This document shows positions 28,759 to 39,114 of a stretch of DNA of 64,000 nucleotides, piece after piece (the stretch's first letter is position 1; each line of letters starts with the position of its first letter). Where the stretch lies: NCBI GenBank assembly GCA_963669175.1, contig OY769902.1:928001-992000 (forward strand), given 5' to 3'. The DNA comes from a bacterium. GTDB lineage: Bacteria > Electryoneota > Electryoneia > Electryoneales > Electryoneaceae. Both the position numbers and the translations under genes were made by a program. The notes under the pieces are model-generated. The model worked only from the letters and a program-made list of their open reading frames with translations. It had not been told where the DNA came from and ran no database searches.

Positions 28759-31700
28759 GGCTGTTCCTCCAGTGAAGCGAAGCGCTGGCCTTCAAGGATA
28801 TAGACTCCGTTTAAGTAGTCTTTCTTCAGGTGTTCCTGACGCATGGCAAACAGGTTGTGGTCCTTTCGGCAGACATGTTTGTAAGGGCAGAAGTTGAATT
28901 CTCCCGCGCTGCACAGGTCATTGTTCTGATCGAGCGGATGATGAAACCGTCCCGCCTGGATTGCGCCCTGAATCGCGAGCACATTGGCGATCAGGCTGTC
29001 CCTGAAGGCCATATGCTCATCCTTGGTCCATTTCCCGGTTTCACCGACAGAACCATCTCTTGGCCGGATTTGATAAAATGCGCCCCGTTCCGTTTCCCTG
29101 CCGTAACTTTCATGGTCCTGCAGGTAGCGAAGCAGCACTTCAAGGTATATGGGCAACTGGAAGCTTATGCCTCGTCTTACCGCGCCGCCGGTTTTCTGCG
29201 GGGCATTGGAAACCTTGTAGTCCCAGATACGCCAGCCGGATTTCGGGTGCAGGGAGACACGGTCGATCCGCCCCTGCACAGTGGCGTGCCTTTCGCCGTC
29301 CGAGCATTCCAAAGGCTGATCCAGCAGGATTTCGCCGTCAAAATCCGGTTGCGGTTCACCGAACAGTGCTTCCGTGAAAACGATACGTTCCCCGCTGATC
29401 CCCTTGGACATTTCCTTGTTCACCACCAGGCGCAGGATGCCCGGGGGATCATCTTTATTGCTCAAACCGCTCAGGATGGCGCGCAGCTTGTTATCCCAGA
29501 ACAGGTTGTCGTAGGGAAGGTCCGCAGTCATTTCGTTCGTGATCTCATGCATGATACGCGCGGTTTCTGCGTGGAATTCACCGAAGGAACGCGACAGACC
29601 ATCCTCCGCTTTCATCCGTTTGGCGGTTTCGGCGAGGATATCATGCACAAGCGTTCCCAGCCCGGTTTCATCGGCTTCATCTTCCACTTCTTCCAGCGGG
29701 TCGATATGCAGGATATTGCCGAACAGGAAGCGCATCGGGCAGGCTGCGTAAGCGTCCAATCGCGTGACAGAGAAAGGATTCGAAAGGATACGTCGCGCCA
29801 GCAGGTCGCCTGCCGGACTGTTTTCCAGCAAACCGTTGAACTCGGACAGGATGCGTGGATCATCACGGAGGCGGTCTACATACACGCGGTCAACTGTTCC
29901 ATGCGCCCATTCAAGGGATGTATCCGATTCAGGAAGCCAGGTACGAGCTGCAGAAAGACGTCTCAGGCCACGTTCCCGCAAGTCATCCTTTCCCAGGTCT
30001 TCACCTATAGCGGTCAGCGTATTGGTGATGGAATAGAATACGTCCGGCGCAGGTGTGGAGACGAATTGAATACCGGTAGCTTGAAGATCACGGATAAGCG
30101 GTGAAGGAGTGGTGTCGCCTTCATCCGTATCCGGACAGGGAGCGCTGAAAACAAGGTGCTCAGCGGCATACAGCGCTTCCCAGGTCAACGCCCTGCTTTC
30201 CGCCAGCCGATTGACCTTATCTCCCCAAACCGGCGCAAAAGGATCAAGCGGATCGGTTACCGGGTTGCGTGGCCAGAGATCATCCGACATTCCCAGGAAA
30301 AAGAGATACTTTACGCGCAGCCCTCGCACTTCCAGCGGCCCGGTTACCGGGATACCGCCACGAGTCCGGTTGTCGGGACGCAAGCGTTGTTGTCTTGCGG
30401 CAAAGGCGAACTGTTCCGCAAAGCGTGAAACCGGCCAGCTTTTCTGCCCGGACAGGTATAGTGTTTCCTTAACACGCTCCAGTGTGAGCCAGACAAATTT
30501 CAGTGCGGCGTTTTCGTTTCCGGTGTTGCCATTTTCGCGGTGTTCCCAGGCGTTGACCCCAAGCTGGGCCAGCAGATCCTTGATCCAATCTGTCGCAGTG
30601 TCGGCGTCACAGGGATCAGGCAACGCTTCAAGCATACCGCCCAACTCCTCCAGTTCCGGCAGGATACGTTGCAGGCGATCTCGCTTGCGCAGAATGGCCA
30701 TTCGCCGATGTTCCGATTGAGTGTCTTGAGCGGATTTCGCCAGCCACACGATCTGGTCTGTGAGGGGTTCCAGCCAGGTTTCACAGAAAGAGCCGCGAGA
30801 GCCGACAATACGAGCGTCCCGTGCAAAAGAATCCAGCTCCAGCACTGCCGCATTGTCACGAAGCGTTTTACCGAACCGGACACAGGGATTCAGCAGAACA
30901 GCCGTAACCGCTTCACGTGGCCAGCCTTCACTGCGCCCTTCGAAAAGTTGCACCGCCAGTTGGGCGATGGGACTGTCGCTCAACGGCGGCCCGAGACGTA
31001 AATCCGGAGTCAGGCCATAGAGGGGAAAGACAGTTTCGATCAGCGATGCGTATGTGGTCAGGTCGGTTGCAACAACAGCGATATCCTCATCGGGGATTCC
31101 CTCGTCACGCACCAGGTAAGCCAGACGTTTTGCGGTATCCTCCACCTCTTCACGAGCATTACGGTGTGTCTGCCAGCCGATGGGATGTAACCCGGTGCCC
31201 TCGGTTTCGTCATTCTGATCATCGCGCGCAGTTCTTGATCCGACCGCGTTGAACAGGGTATTGACCAACACCGCCTGCGTCTGGTTGATTGAAAAGGCAC
31301 GTACTGTGTGCGATGGATGCTTTTTCCATGTATTCAGTTCATGCGTCATCAGATCCAACGCAGGTCCGGGCGATTCCGTCCAATCCAGCATCACGATAGT
31401 TTTGCCGGAACAGTTGGCCAGCGTATGGATCAGCGAGACAACCTTTTCACGTAATGGCCCGAGACGGTCAATTATCAGCAGGTCGGGAGGTCGAAAGGTA
31501 CTGGTCTGGACTTCTGCTATAGCGGTCAGCGGAAGGATGGTTTCATCCAGAAGCCCGTGTCTATCTAGTGTCTTGTGATATTGTTCCAGCGTTTTGCCGA
31601 TCCAGGGATGCAGACGTTCCAGGCGGTCCAGGATCTGTTCGCCGTCCATGATTCGCTGATGCAGTTCCAGCACACGTTGAATCCAGCCTGATCCTGCTGC

Positions 31701-32024
31701 TTCGCCGCCCAGTTCGGGGATGTCCAGTGTGGCGGTGATCTCTCGTAACAGCAGAACACGCGTGTCCGAATCCAGTGCCTGAGGTTCCAGTCCGGAAGCG
31801 CGCAACATGTAACGTGCGAGTCCACCGGCGGTGATGACATCCACACCCACTACAGGTGATTGGGTATGCTGTAACAGGCCGGATTCTACACGTTCGCCAC
31901 GGCGCATGCTGTCCACGACCCACCATGTAACCCCGCCGTTACGCATCGTTTTCACTGCTTCCTCTGCCGTCGCCGTAAAACGTCCGGAGCCAGGAAGCCC
32001 TGTCCAAAGTGCGATCTCATTCAT
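28755..32024 (-). CDS. addB: AddB-like PD-(D/E)XK nuclease with Fe-S cysteines
   Basis: SVTRLDAYAACPMRF, GTLVHDIL, GRIDRV..WDYK, QLPIY, C-terminal C..C...C; overlaps the addA start. Confidence 0.88.
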   Translation of the reverse strand: MNEIALWTGLPGSGRFTATAEEAVKTMRNGGVTWWVVDSMRRGERVESGLLQHTQSPVVGVDVITAGGLARYMLRASGLEPQALDSDTRVLLLREITATLDIPELGGEAAGSGWIQRVLELHQRIMDGEQILDRLERLHPWIGKTLEQYHKTLDRHGLLDETILPLTAIAEVQTSTFRPPDLLIIDRLGPLREKVVSLIHTLANCSGKTIVMLDWTESPGPALDLMTHELNTWKKHPSHTVRAFSINQTQAVLVNTLFNAVGSRTARDDQNDETEGTGLHPIGWQTHRNAREEVEDTAKRLAYLVRDEGIPDEDIAVVATDLTTYASLIETVFPLYGLTPDLRLGPPLSDSPIAQLAVQLFEGRSEGWPREAVTAVLLNPCVRFGKTLRDNAAVLELDSFARDARIVGSRGSFCETWLEPLTDQIVWLAKSAQDTQSEHRRMAILRKRDRLQRILPELEELGGMLEALPDPCDADTATDWIKDLLAQLGVNAWEHRENGNTGNENAALKFVWLTLERVKETLYLSGQKSWPVSRFAEQFAFAARQQRLRPDNRTRGGIPVTGPLEVRGLRVKYLFFLGMSDDLWPRNPVTDPLDPFAPVWGDKVNRLAESRALTWEALYAAEHLVFSAPCPDTDEGDTTPSPLIRDLQATGIQFVSTPAPDVFYSITNTLTAIGEDLGKDDLRERGLRRLSAARTWLPESDTSLEWAHGTVDRVYVDRLRDDPRILSEFNGLLENSPAGDLLARRILSNPFSVTRLDAYAACPMRFLFGNILHIDPLEEVEDEADETGLGTLVHDILAETAKRMKAEDGLSRSFGEFHAETARIMHEITNEMTADLPYDNLFWDNKLRAILSGLSNKDDPPGILRLVVNKEMSKGISGERIVFTEALFGEPQPDFDGEILLDQPLECSDGERHATVQGRIDRVSLHPKSGWRIWDYKVSNAPQKTGGAVRRGISFQLPIYLEVLLRYLQDHESYGRETERGAFYQIRPRDGSVGETGKWTKDEHMAFRDSLIANVLAIQGAIQAGRFHHPLDQNNDLCSAGEFNFCPYKHVCRKDHNLFAMRQEHLKKDYLNGVYILEGQRFASLEEQP

Positions 32025-32112
32025 GCTCGAAGATACGACAAATCTTACTGGCGTTGAAAACAAAAACCTTTATCTTTCAAGAAACTGGAAGAAGCAACAA
32101 GGAGCGACAGAG

Positions 32113-33123
32113 ATGACACACGGTGATTTTCTGGAACGTCGCAAACGATTAAGCGACCTGGCGAATGGCTACCGTGCTTCGGCGGTGCTGTTTACGGCAA
32201 ATGAACTGGGGTTGTTCAAGGTTTTATCCAATGGCGCCAAGGGGTTGAAAGAACTGGCCATAGAACTGGATGTATCCGAACATGGCCTGCTTTTGTTGTT
32301 GCATGCTCTTGTCGGGTTGGACCTTCTGGCAATGGATAAGGACACTTTTGCCCTGTATGGCGATGCGGAGGAATTCCTGCGTTCTGATTCGCCCTATTTC
32401 TTCGGCGACATGATGCAGCATGGGTACCGCTTGTATCAACGTTGGGAAAGCCTTGGTGAAGCGGTCAAGCTTGGCGCCACTCCATTCAGCAAAGAGGTTC
32501 GAGCCGGTCGTACCAAAGAGGACTGGCGTGCCTTTATCATGGCGATGGATAACAATTCACGCACCTCGGCGGTTCAGACGGCTGATGCACTGGATTTGAC
32601 CGGAGTGAAACGCATTCTGGACCTTGGCGGTGGACCGGGAACCTTCCTGTACACCTTCCTGGAACGTCTGCCGGACGCGACCGGGGCGATACTGGACTTC
32701 GATCATGTACTCGAAATCGCCCAGGAAGTCGTGCAACGGTTCACTGTAGGCGAACGTGTATCCTACATCCCCGGCGATATGTTTAATGCTGATTACCAGG
32801 GACCATACGACCTGATTTTCCTGGGCAATATCATTCACAGCAGCGGCCCAGAACGGTGTCGTGGGCTGGTCCGGCGCTGTACCGATGCGCTCGAAGAGGG
32901 GGGACGTCTGGTTATCAAGGACTTCTTCATGGATGAGACCGCCACACGTCCGGCGGATGGCGCCATGTTCGCGTTGAATATGTTGGTCGGTACGGACAAC
33001 GGCCAATCCTATCGGTGGAAAGATGCTGTGGATTGGATGGAAGAACAGGGGTTGACAATTGTCCAGAAAATCCCGGTGGCATTCCATTCCGGGATACTCG
33101 TGGGTAAAAAATTGTCTTTGTGA
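32113..33123 (+). CDS. Class I SAM-dependent O-methyltransferase (dimerisation domain + Methyltransf_2)
   Basis: ATG after GGAG SD; 'LFTANELGLF' dimerisation domain, LDLGGGPG, GDMF, NIIH. Confidence 0.88.
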   Translation: MTHGDFLERRKRLSDLANGYRASAVLFTANELGLFKVLSNGAKGLKELAIELDVSEHGLLLLLHALVGLDLLAMDKDTFALYGDAEEFLRSDSPYFFGDMMQHGYRLYQRWESLGEAVKLGATPFSKEVRAGRTKEDWRAFIMAMDNNSRTSAVQTADALDLTGVKRILDLGGGPGTFLYTFLERLPDATGAILDFDHVLEIAQEVVQRFTVGERVSYIPGDMFNADYQGPYDLIFLGNIIHSSGPERCRGLVRRCTDALEEGGRLVIKDFFMDETATRPADGAMFALNMLVGTDNGQSYRWKDAVDWMEEQGLTIVQKIPVAFHSGILVGKKLSL

Positions 33124-33159
33124 GTACAAACCATGCAAAGTTTGTAAAGGTGTAGACGT

Positions 33160-33200
33160 AAAAAAAACGATCCGGCATGCCAAGTGTGCCGGATCGTTGT
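33160..33200. terminator. Terminator between convergent genes
   Basis: A-tract followed by AACGATCCGGCAT...GTGCCGGATCGTT hairpin. Confidence 0.7.
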
Positions 33201-33202
33201 GC

Positions 33203-34756
33203 TTACTGGCTTTCCTGTTCCGGAAGAGGCGGCGCCAACTCCAGCGAGATCGGCTCAGTGTCCAGATACTTCTTCTTCCAGACGCGCACATTCCAGTCTG
33301 ATCCGGAGTTTGTAATCGGGATTTTCTTTCCGAATACATTCAGCGTACATGAAAGAATATCCTTCGGGACACCATCCGTGATCTCTTCGTATTCGGTATC
33401 GATTTTTGCGCGCCAGTCAGCGCGTTCTTTGATGTAGGTAATCCCGGAGCTGCTCATATGATGACCGGAAATCAGGTAATCCGGCCAGTATTCAGGTTGA
33501 GTCCAACGGATGCAGTGAAAAATACGGCCATCAGTAATATGGAAGCTGAAGGCAGGATCGCCGCCGATGGATGCATCATCAGGTATCAGCTCATGAACAA
33601 TGGCAACCGATTCTTCGTAGGTAAAATGCTTGTCTGTCCAGGTCAGGGGGACCAAAGCAAAACGGATAACGTAGAATTGAAGAATCATATAGCAGAACAC
33701 AACCCCCGAGAGGATCAGATAGCCGCCGATTCTTGCATATATATGCTTGTATAAATCAAGAAATTGGTAGAAAACAAATGGGGTTGAGATGAGCATGATA
33801 TAATTTAACATACGGTAATCATATAATGGTCTTCCTGTAAAAGGAAGATTATTTACAAAAAATATTAATACAATAGATAATAGTAATGTTGCGTTAATCC
33901 TGGTAGTCATAATATTAAAATCTCTGTTTTTATAAAGTAAATATGCTAATGCTGCTACATTCAAAAGTATTATCAGGGCTATAGGTGCTACAAAAACAGG
34001 GTTTTTAGATAATTCAAGGAAAAAACTGGTTTTATACGTTTGACTGGCAGTATTGCTGAAATTGCCAAATACAGAGGCGTAATTGGGATATAAAATATAG
34101 GCAGTGGAGATAACATTAACGAAAACTGCAATCGCGTAGATTTTGATTATGTCAATAACTGATTTTCTAATTTCACGATTGTTAAGAAAATAATAAAACG
34201 AGAAAATGAAAATGCCAAGAAATCCAGGAATCAGACCAGATGCAAACGATATTCCCAGCAAAATGCTTGGAAGTATAAGCTTATTGTACTTGAGATAAAC
34301 AATGAAGCTCAGGATGAAAAACAAGAATGAGGTTTCTTCCGGGCGCCCGACCGAGAATATAATAAAGGTTGGCGCAAAAAATCCAAAAACCAGCGCCCAA
34401 AAACTTTTTGTGTAATGATAAATGATAACAAACAGAATGATATTGATGATAATGTGAATAGCAAAAGTATATAAAAGAATTGAACTCCAGGAATATCCAA
34501 AAATAGAAAATACAAACGCGTTAAATAGCCGGAAGAAAGAATAATGAATACCGGTTGATGTATCATCAGACCCCATAAACCCCTTTATTGACGGCAATGT
34601 GTAACCATAGCCATTCTGGTGTGCATAGTAAGGTTCAGAGAAAGCAATAAAATCAGCCGTGGGAGTAGGCAACTCGTGAATATACAACCAACTGAAAAGG
34701 GCAATTTTCAGCGCTACCCCAATAGCCAGCAGTGTGTAGAATTTTTTCATCTCCAA
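33203..34756 (-). CDS. Polytopic membrane protein, possibly GT-C fold (ArnT/PMT-like) glycosyltransferase
   Basis: About 11 TM helices, acidic residues in the first loop (ADF..FSEP), 'RPEE' motif, soluble C-terminal domain; AT-rich. Confidence 0.5.
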   Translation of the reverse strand: MEMKKFYTLLAIGVALKIALFSWLYIHELPTPTADFIAFSEPYYAHQNGYGYTLPSIKGFMGSDDTSTGIHYSFFRLFNAFVFSIFGYSWSSILLYTFAIHIIINIILFVIIYHYTKSFWALVFGFFAPTFIIFSVGRPEETSFLFFILSFIVYLKYNKLILPSILLGISFASGLIPGFLGIFIFSFYYFLNNREIRKSVIDIIKIYAIAVFVNVISTAYILYPNYASVFGNFSNTASQTYKTSFFLELSKNPVFVAPIALIILLNVAALAYLLYKNRDFNIMTTRINATLLLSIVLIFFVNNLPFTGRPLYDYRMLNYIMLISTPFVFYQFLDLYKHIYARIGGYLILSGVVFCYMILQFYVIRFALVPLTWTDKHFTYEESVAIVHELIPDDASIGGDPAFSFHITDGRIFHCIRWTQPEYWPDYLISGHHMSSSGITYIKERADWRAKIDTEYEEITDGVPKDILSCTLNVFGKKIPITNSGSDWNVRVWKKKYLDTEPISLELAPPLPEQESQ

Positions 34757-35041
34757 CTCCCTGACTCAGGTTTTCAGAATACACAAACAACGAAATAACT
34801 AGTGGTTAAAATGCGCTGTCCAGCTTCTCTATTAGCAGAACCAACGCCATTTAGAAGATCAATGTGCGGCAAAGTAAGACTGTACCTCGTTGATAGTCAA
34901 CAACATTTGCCTTGAATCGGGTGAATGGTCGGGATCTGAATGTTAAGTAAGTAACACGCCGGGGAGTGATGATAAATTACGGGTCGTTGAAAGGCCCGCG
35001 CCCTTACGTAATACTAATGTGAAGAATTACATTGTATCCCG

Positions 35042-36004
35042 ATGACTTCTGAGACCGGACATAAGGTGAAGAAAATCCTGCTTCGTATCCTGCTGCCGTT
35101 GTTTATGGTGGGGGTAGGCTGGTTGGCGTATGACGCATTGAAGGCGGAACTCGCCCATGAAAGCATTGCCAATATTAAAGAATCGCTCCTTTCCATTGGC
35201 CCTTTGCGGCTCCTGATCGCCACGGGTTTTATGGCGTTATCCTATTGCGTGTTCGGTCTGTATGACGCTTCCGCTCTGAAATTATTCCACGCCGGTCTGT
35301 CAGTGCGAAAGGGATTGCTGGCCGGTTTTCTCGGCGGCACCATCTCCCAGAACACAGGGATGATGGGGCTGGGGGGATACGCGGTACGGGTAAAACTGTA
35401 TACGAACTGGCAACTTCCGGCGAAGATCATGGCGCAGCTCTTTGCCTTCCTGACACTGGCGCAATGGTTGGGGTTACTGGCGTTGTCCGGGGTGATGTTT
35501 CTCCTGTTCCCGGAGAAAATTCCTGCGATGCTGCATTTGCCGTTTAAGGATACCACTCCGCTTGCCTTGATCCTGTTGATTCCTATCCTGCTGTACTTCC
35601 TCATGGCGTTTCTGCTGAAGAAGCCGGTCACGATAGGAAAGAAAACCCTTCAACCTCCACGTAAGACCACACTTTTCACCCAGCTTGTGCTGTCCTGTGC
35701 ATCCCTTGCTGCGGCTGGCATGGTGCAGTGGGCGCTACTTCCGGAAGGGCACGGCATTCATGCGGCGGTGTTCCTGTCCATTTACCTGCTGGCTCAGATC
35801 GGGGGCAAACTTAGCCAGGTGCCTTTCGGGTTGGGAGTGTATGAAGCGGTGATCCTGGTGCTGCTGCCCAACACCTATGATAATGCGGCGATTGTTGGCG
35901 GGATGGTGGCCTATCGTGTGCTGTATAACATGATTCCCCTGCTGATCGCGGTGGTGGTGTGGTTGTTCACGTTGGCGCATGGTGCGGGGATACGAAAGGA
36001 CTGA
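35042..36004 (+). CDS. Lysylphosphatidylglycerol synthase TM / MprF flippase-domain-only protein
   Basis: YD..AL, GG..VR..LY..W, SQVPFGLGVYEAV, AYRVLY..IPL; no GNAT synthase domain. Confidence 0.8.
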   Translation: MTSETGHKVKKILLRILLPLFMVGVGWLAYDALKAELAHESIANIKESLLSIGPLRLLIATGFMALSYCVFGLYDASALKLFHAGLSVRKGLLAGFLGGTISQNTGMMGLGGYAVRVKLYTNWQLPAKIMAQLFAFLTLAQWLGLLALSGVMFLLFPEKIPAMLHLPFKDTTPLALILLIPILLYFLMAFLLKKPVTIGKKTLQPPRKTTLFTQLVLSCASLAAAGMVQWALLPEGHGIHAAVFLSIYLLAQIGGKLSQVPFGLGVYEAVILVLLPNTYDNAAIVGGMVAYRVLYNMIPLLIAVVVWLFTLAHGAGIRKD

Positions 36005-36304
36005 CTCTCAAGTTAAGCCGTTTGGCCCGACTGCTTGCTGTCGGGTTTCTTACCTCCCGTACCGAGGGCGGTCCAGGCTACGTGATGCTGATTCTCTTCT
36101 CGATGCTGAATACATCGTAAAGAACACTACTGAAGGACTGACTCTCCAGTTAGAATAGACCCCGCCGGGCAGTCGCTTCCGCTTCGCTACAGCGTACTTC
36201 AAGCCGGCGGGGCCAAAACCTGCTGAGACGTACTTCAAGCCGGCGGGGCCAAAGTCTGCTACACCTTTTTTACCTTTTTTACTTTCTTTACGTTTTTTAC
36301 CTTC
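35996..36304. repeat. REPs with short local duplications and a reversed GTAAAAAA array
   Basis: REP at 36022-36045; 20-bp duplication 35996-36015/36133-36152; 25-bp duplication 36193-36217/36229-36253; TTTTTTAC repeats at 36262-36304. Confidence 0.75.
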
Positions 36305-36348
36305 AATCCTCCTTTGCCTTCGTTACATGAATTGATTAAACTTGCGCC

Positions 36349-37830
36349 ATGTCGCAGGAGCAGTCGAAAAAGAGAGTCCAGCTTCCCGATTCCCCGGAAG
36401 CGTTGATCGAGCTGATCGGTGAAATCGCCCGTGAACAGCAGCTTGAGGTCTATGCGGTAGGCGGCTATATCCGTGATCGTTTGCTGGGTTTGCCGTTCTC
36501 CGGGGAGATCGATTTGTCGGTTGTGGGGGACGGGCCCGCGTTTGCCCGCAGCCTGGCGAAACGCTGGGGGATCCGGAGCGGAGTTCAGATCTACCGTCGT
36601 TTTGGCACCGCACGTTTGCAGGCGGGCTCCATCATCCTCGAGTTCGCCACCAGCCGACGTGAGTCCTATTCTCCCGATTCACGTAACCCCGATGTAGAAC
36701 CGGCGCCCTTCAGCGAGGATCTGGCGCGACGTGATTTTACCGTGAACGCGCTGGCAGTTGATGTCAGCGATCCGTCACGCATTATCGACCATTTCGAAGG
36801 CTTGGCGGACCTGGACGCTCGTCTGTTGCGAACCCCGCTCGCCCCGATCAAGACCTTCAGCGATGACCCCCTGCGGATTTTGCGAGCCATCCGTTTCGCG
36901 CACAGGCTGGATTTCCGTATCGCCGAAGAGACCTGGGAAGCGATCAGGAGCGAACGGCACCGGCTGGAAATCGTAGCTCGTAGCCGGATCAACGACGAAT
37001 TCTTTAAGATTCTCGTCCACAAGCCGCCCAGCCGTGGCATGCTACTCTTGAATAACAGCGGCGTGATGGAGGTGTTGTTCCCTGAAATCGCCGCGCTGGC
37101 CGGGGTGGATCAGGTCGGCAAGCATCATCACAAAGATGTTCTACTGCACACCTTCATCGTGATGGACCACCTGTCCGAAGTGACTGATGATCCACGCCTG
37201 CTGTTCGCCGCGCTGCTGCATGATATCGGCAAGCCACGCACCAAACGGTTCGAACCGGAACAGGGCTGGACCTTCCACGGGCACGAGCATGTCGGCGAAC
37301 GCTTGGTCAAAAAGATGGGCAAGAAATACGAATGGCCCGACGACCTGACCGAACGGACCTCAAAGCTGGTACGCCTGCACATGCGTCCCATCAACCTCAC
37401 CGGCGATGAGGTGACTGACAGCGGGGTGCGACGCCTGATCGTGCAGGCCGGAGACGATATCGACGACCTGCTGAAATTGTGCCGTGCCGATATCACCTCC
37501 GCTAACCCGCGCAAGGTGAAACGCTACCTGCATGAGTTCGATACCATGCTGGCCCACATGGAACGTGTCGAGGCGAAAGATGAACTGCGCCGTTTCCAAA
37601 GCCCGATCCGTGGCGATGAAATCATGGAACGTACCGGTCTGCCCGAAGGCCCGCGTGTCGGCCTGATCAAAGCCCTGATCGAAGAGGATATCCTCGATGG
37701 CCGCATCCCCTTCACCCGTGAAGGAGCGGACAGTGTGTTCGATGAAAAAGTCCAGGCTACCGCCGATATGCCCGAAAGAGATATGATCCGGCAGTTGAAG
37801 GCTATTATGATGAAGAGGAATGAGGGGTGA
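36349..37830 (+). CDS. cca: CCA-adding tRNA nucleotidyltransferase with HD domain
   Basis: VGGYIRD, EIDL, DLARRDFTVNALA, DDPLRILRAIRF, LLHDIGKP, HGHE. Confidence 0.88.
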   Translation: MSQEQSKKRVQLPDSPEALIELIGEIAREQQLEVYAVGGYIRDRLLGLPFSGEIDLSVVGDGPAFARSLAKRWGIRSGVQIYRRFGTARLQAGSIILEFATSRRESYSPDSRNPDVEPAPFSEDLARRDFTVNALAVDVSDPSRIIDHFEGLADLDARLLRTPLAPIKTFSDDPLRILRAIRFAHRLDFRIAEETWEAIRSERHRLEIVARSRINDEFFKILVHKPPSRGMLLLNNSGVMEVLFPEIAALAGVDQVGKHHHKDVLLHTFIVMDHLSEVTDDPRLLFAALLHDIGKPRTKRFEPEQGWTFHGHEHVGERLVKKMGKKYEWPDDLTERTSKLVRLHMRPINLTGDEVTDSGVRRLIVQAGDDIDDLLKLCRADITSANPRKVKRYLHEFDTMLAHMERVEAKDELRRFQSPIRGDEIMERTGLPEGPRVGLIKALIEEDILDGRIPFTREGADSVFDEKVQATADMPERDMIRQLKAIMMKRNEG

Positions 37831-37929
37831 AGCGATTAAAGATATTTTTGTGTGTTATTTAGCTTGATTATGAGTTGGAAACATATAAATTTAACTTTAG
37901 AGATGGTTTATTCAACATTGGGGAGGAAC

Positions 37930-38673
37930 ATGAAACTCGAAGATCATCCACATCTAAAAGAATTTGGGTTGGTTCCCTGGGCGATGTTTATCGACATTGA
38001 GGGATTCAGTCATATTTATTTAAATCAATTTGAAAATGATGCCCTTATGCAACTTCGTAAGTTCTCAAGAGGATTAAAAAAGATTTTCGATGCTTACGAT
38101 CAAGAAGATTCACGTCTATTTGTTCATGGAATTGGTGACGGTTTCCTTGTTTTGCCTGATTTTGGCGACCCCACATTGGAGAGACCACTATCAATTGCAA
38201 TGGCATTAATGCAAAACCAGTTACTAAATGGAGGTATATTGAAGGTTGGAATATCATGGGGAACTTTGGCAGATATTCAAGGCGTATATCCTGATCAAAT
38301 TAGGCAAAAAAATCTGCTCCAAAGAGGGATTTTCAGGTTGTGGCCGGTTATGGGAGATGCGTTGATAAGATCTCATCAAATAGCCAATAGTGCATCTGGA
38401 CCATTGCTTATTGTTGATAATGATGTTTCTAAATATCTACCAAACAACACCCCTAAATATTTTACTTATTCAAAATGGTTGGAGATGGACTGGTTGGCAG
38501 ATAATATCCCCTTGACAAATTCATTATTGCCTCTATTGCTAGGTGTACGCCATAACAATTTACCACAAAAGAACGATTTTAAAGATCAATTGAGAAGATA
38601 TATTTCTTTAAATAAATCTCTTAGTAAAAACAATAATTGGATTAAGTCCGCAAATACAATGCTGAGTATGTAG
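37930..38673 (+). CDS. Hypothetical class III nucleotidyl-cyclase-like protein (AT-rich)
   Basis: GGAGG SD; MFIDIEGFS, IGDGF, LKVGISWG and VMGDALI match the cyclase-core motif layout. Confidence 0.55.
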   Translation: MKLEDHPHLKEFGLVPWAMFIDIEGFSHIYLNQFENDALMQLRKFSRGLKKIFDAYDQEDSRLFVHGIGDGFLVLPDFGDPTLERPLSIAMALMQNQLLNGGILKVGISWGTLADIQGVYPDQIRQKNLLQRGIFRLWPVMGDALIRSHQIANSASGPLLIVDNDVSKYLPNNTPKYFTYSKWLEMDWLADNIPLTNSLLPLLLGVRHNNLPQKNDFKDQLRRYISLNKSLSKNNNWIKSANTMLSM

Positions 38674-38682
38674 TGTTATTGG

Positions 38683-39114
38683 CTAAATACTTAATTGTAA
38701 CAATTTTAATCTTTGAAACTTAATCCCTCTTGTCTCAATCTTATAGAACCGTTGCATAGCAGGTTGTTCAAATTGCGTATAGATCCCTTTCCACCCACCC
38801 GCAACCAAACCGCAAATCTGATCCCAGTTCAAGAGAGGGCGCTTTTTACTTTTTCCATGATCGGTGTTGATGATCAGGAGGGAAATCTCCGTTTGGAGGA
38901 GAACCTCACGGTGTGCGACAAGCATACGCTCATCACGGCTAACAAGGACAACTTCCTGTTTGAGTTTGGCCAGATGGGTCAAAAGGGTAGGATCGTCCAT
39001 GCCACTGAAACCATGCTCGTCCAGATCAGTGACCTGGTGCTTGTATTGTGGAGTCAGACAGCGCAGGACGCAGGTTAATCGTCCGAATGAATTCTCGTCA
39101 ATGACAAACAGCAT
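38683..39114 (-). CDS. PIN-like toxin (VapC45-type)
   Basis: FVIDEN, GMDD and LVSRD acidic motifs; translationally coupled to the DUF433 gene. Confidence 0.75.
   Translation of the reverse strand: MLFVIDENSFGRLTCVLRCLTPQYKHQVTDLDEHGFSGMDDPTLLTHLAKLKQEVVLVSRDERMLVAHREVLLQTEISLLIINTDHGKSKKRPLLNWDQICGLVAGGWKGIYTQFEQPAMQRFYKIETRGIKFQRLKLLQLSI

Noticed and set aside
31831-32112. N-terminal extensions in the ORF track (methyltransferase from 31831; also 8515, 37852 and 49078)
   Set aside because: They overlap neighbouring genes or promoter DNA; downstream ATGs with an SD or a domain start fit better
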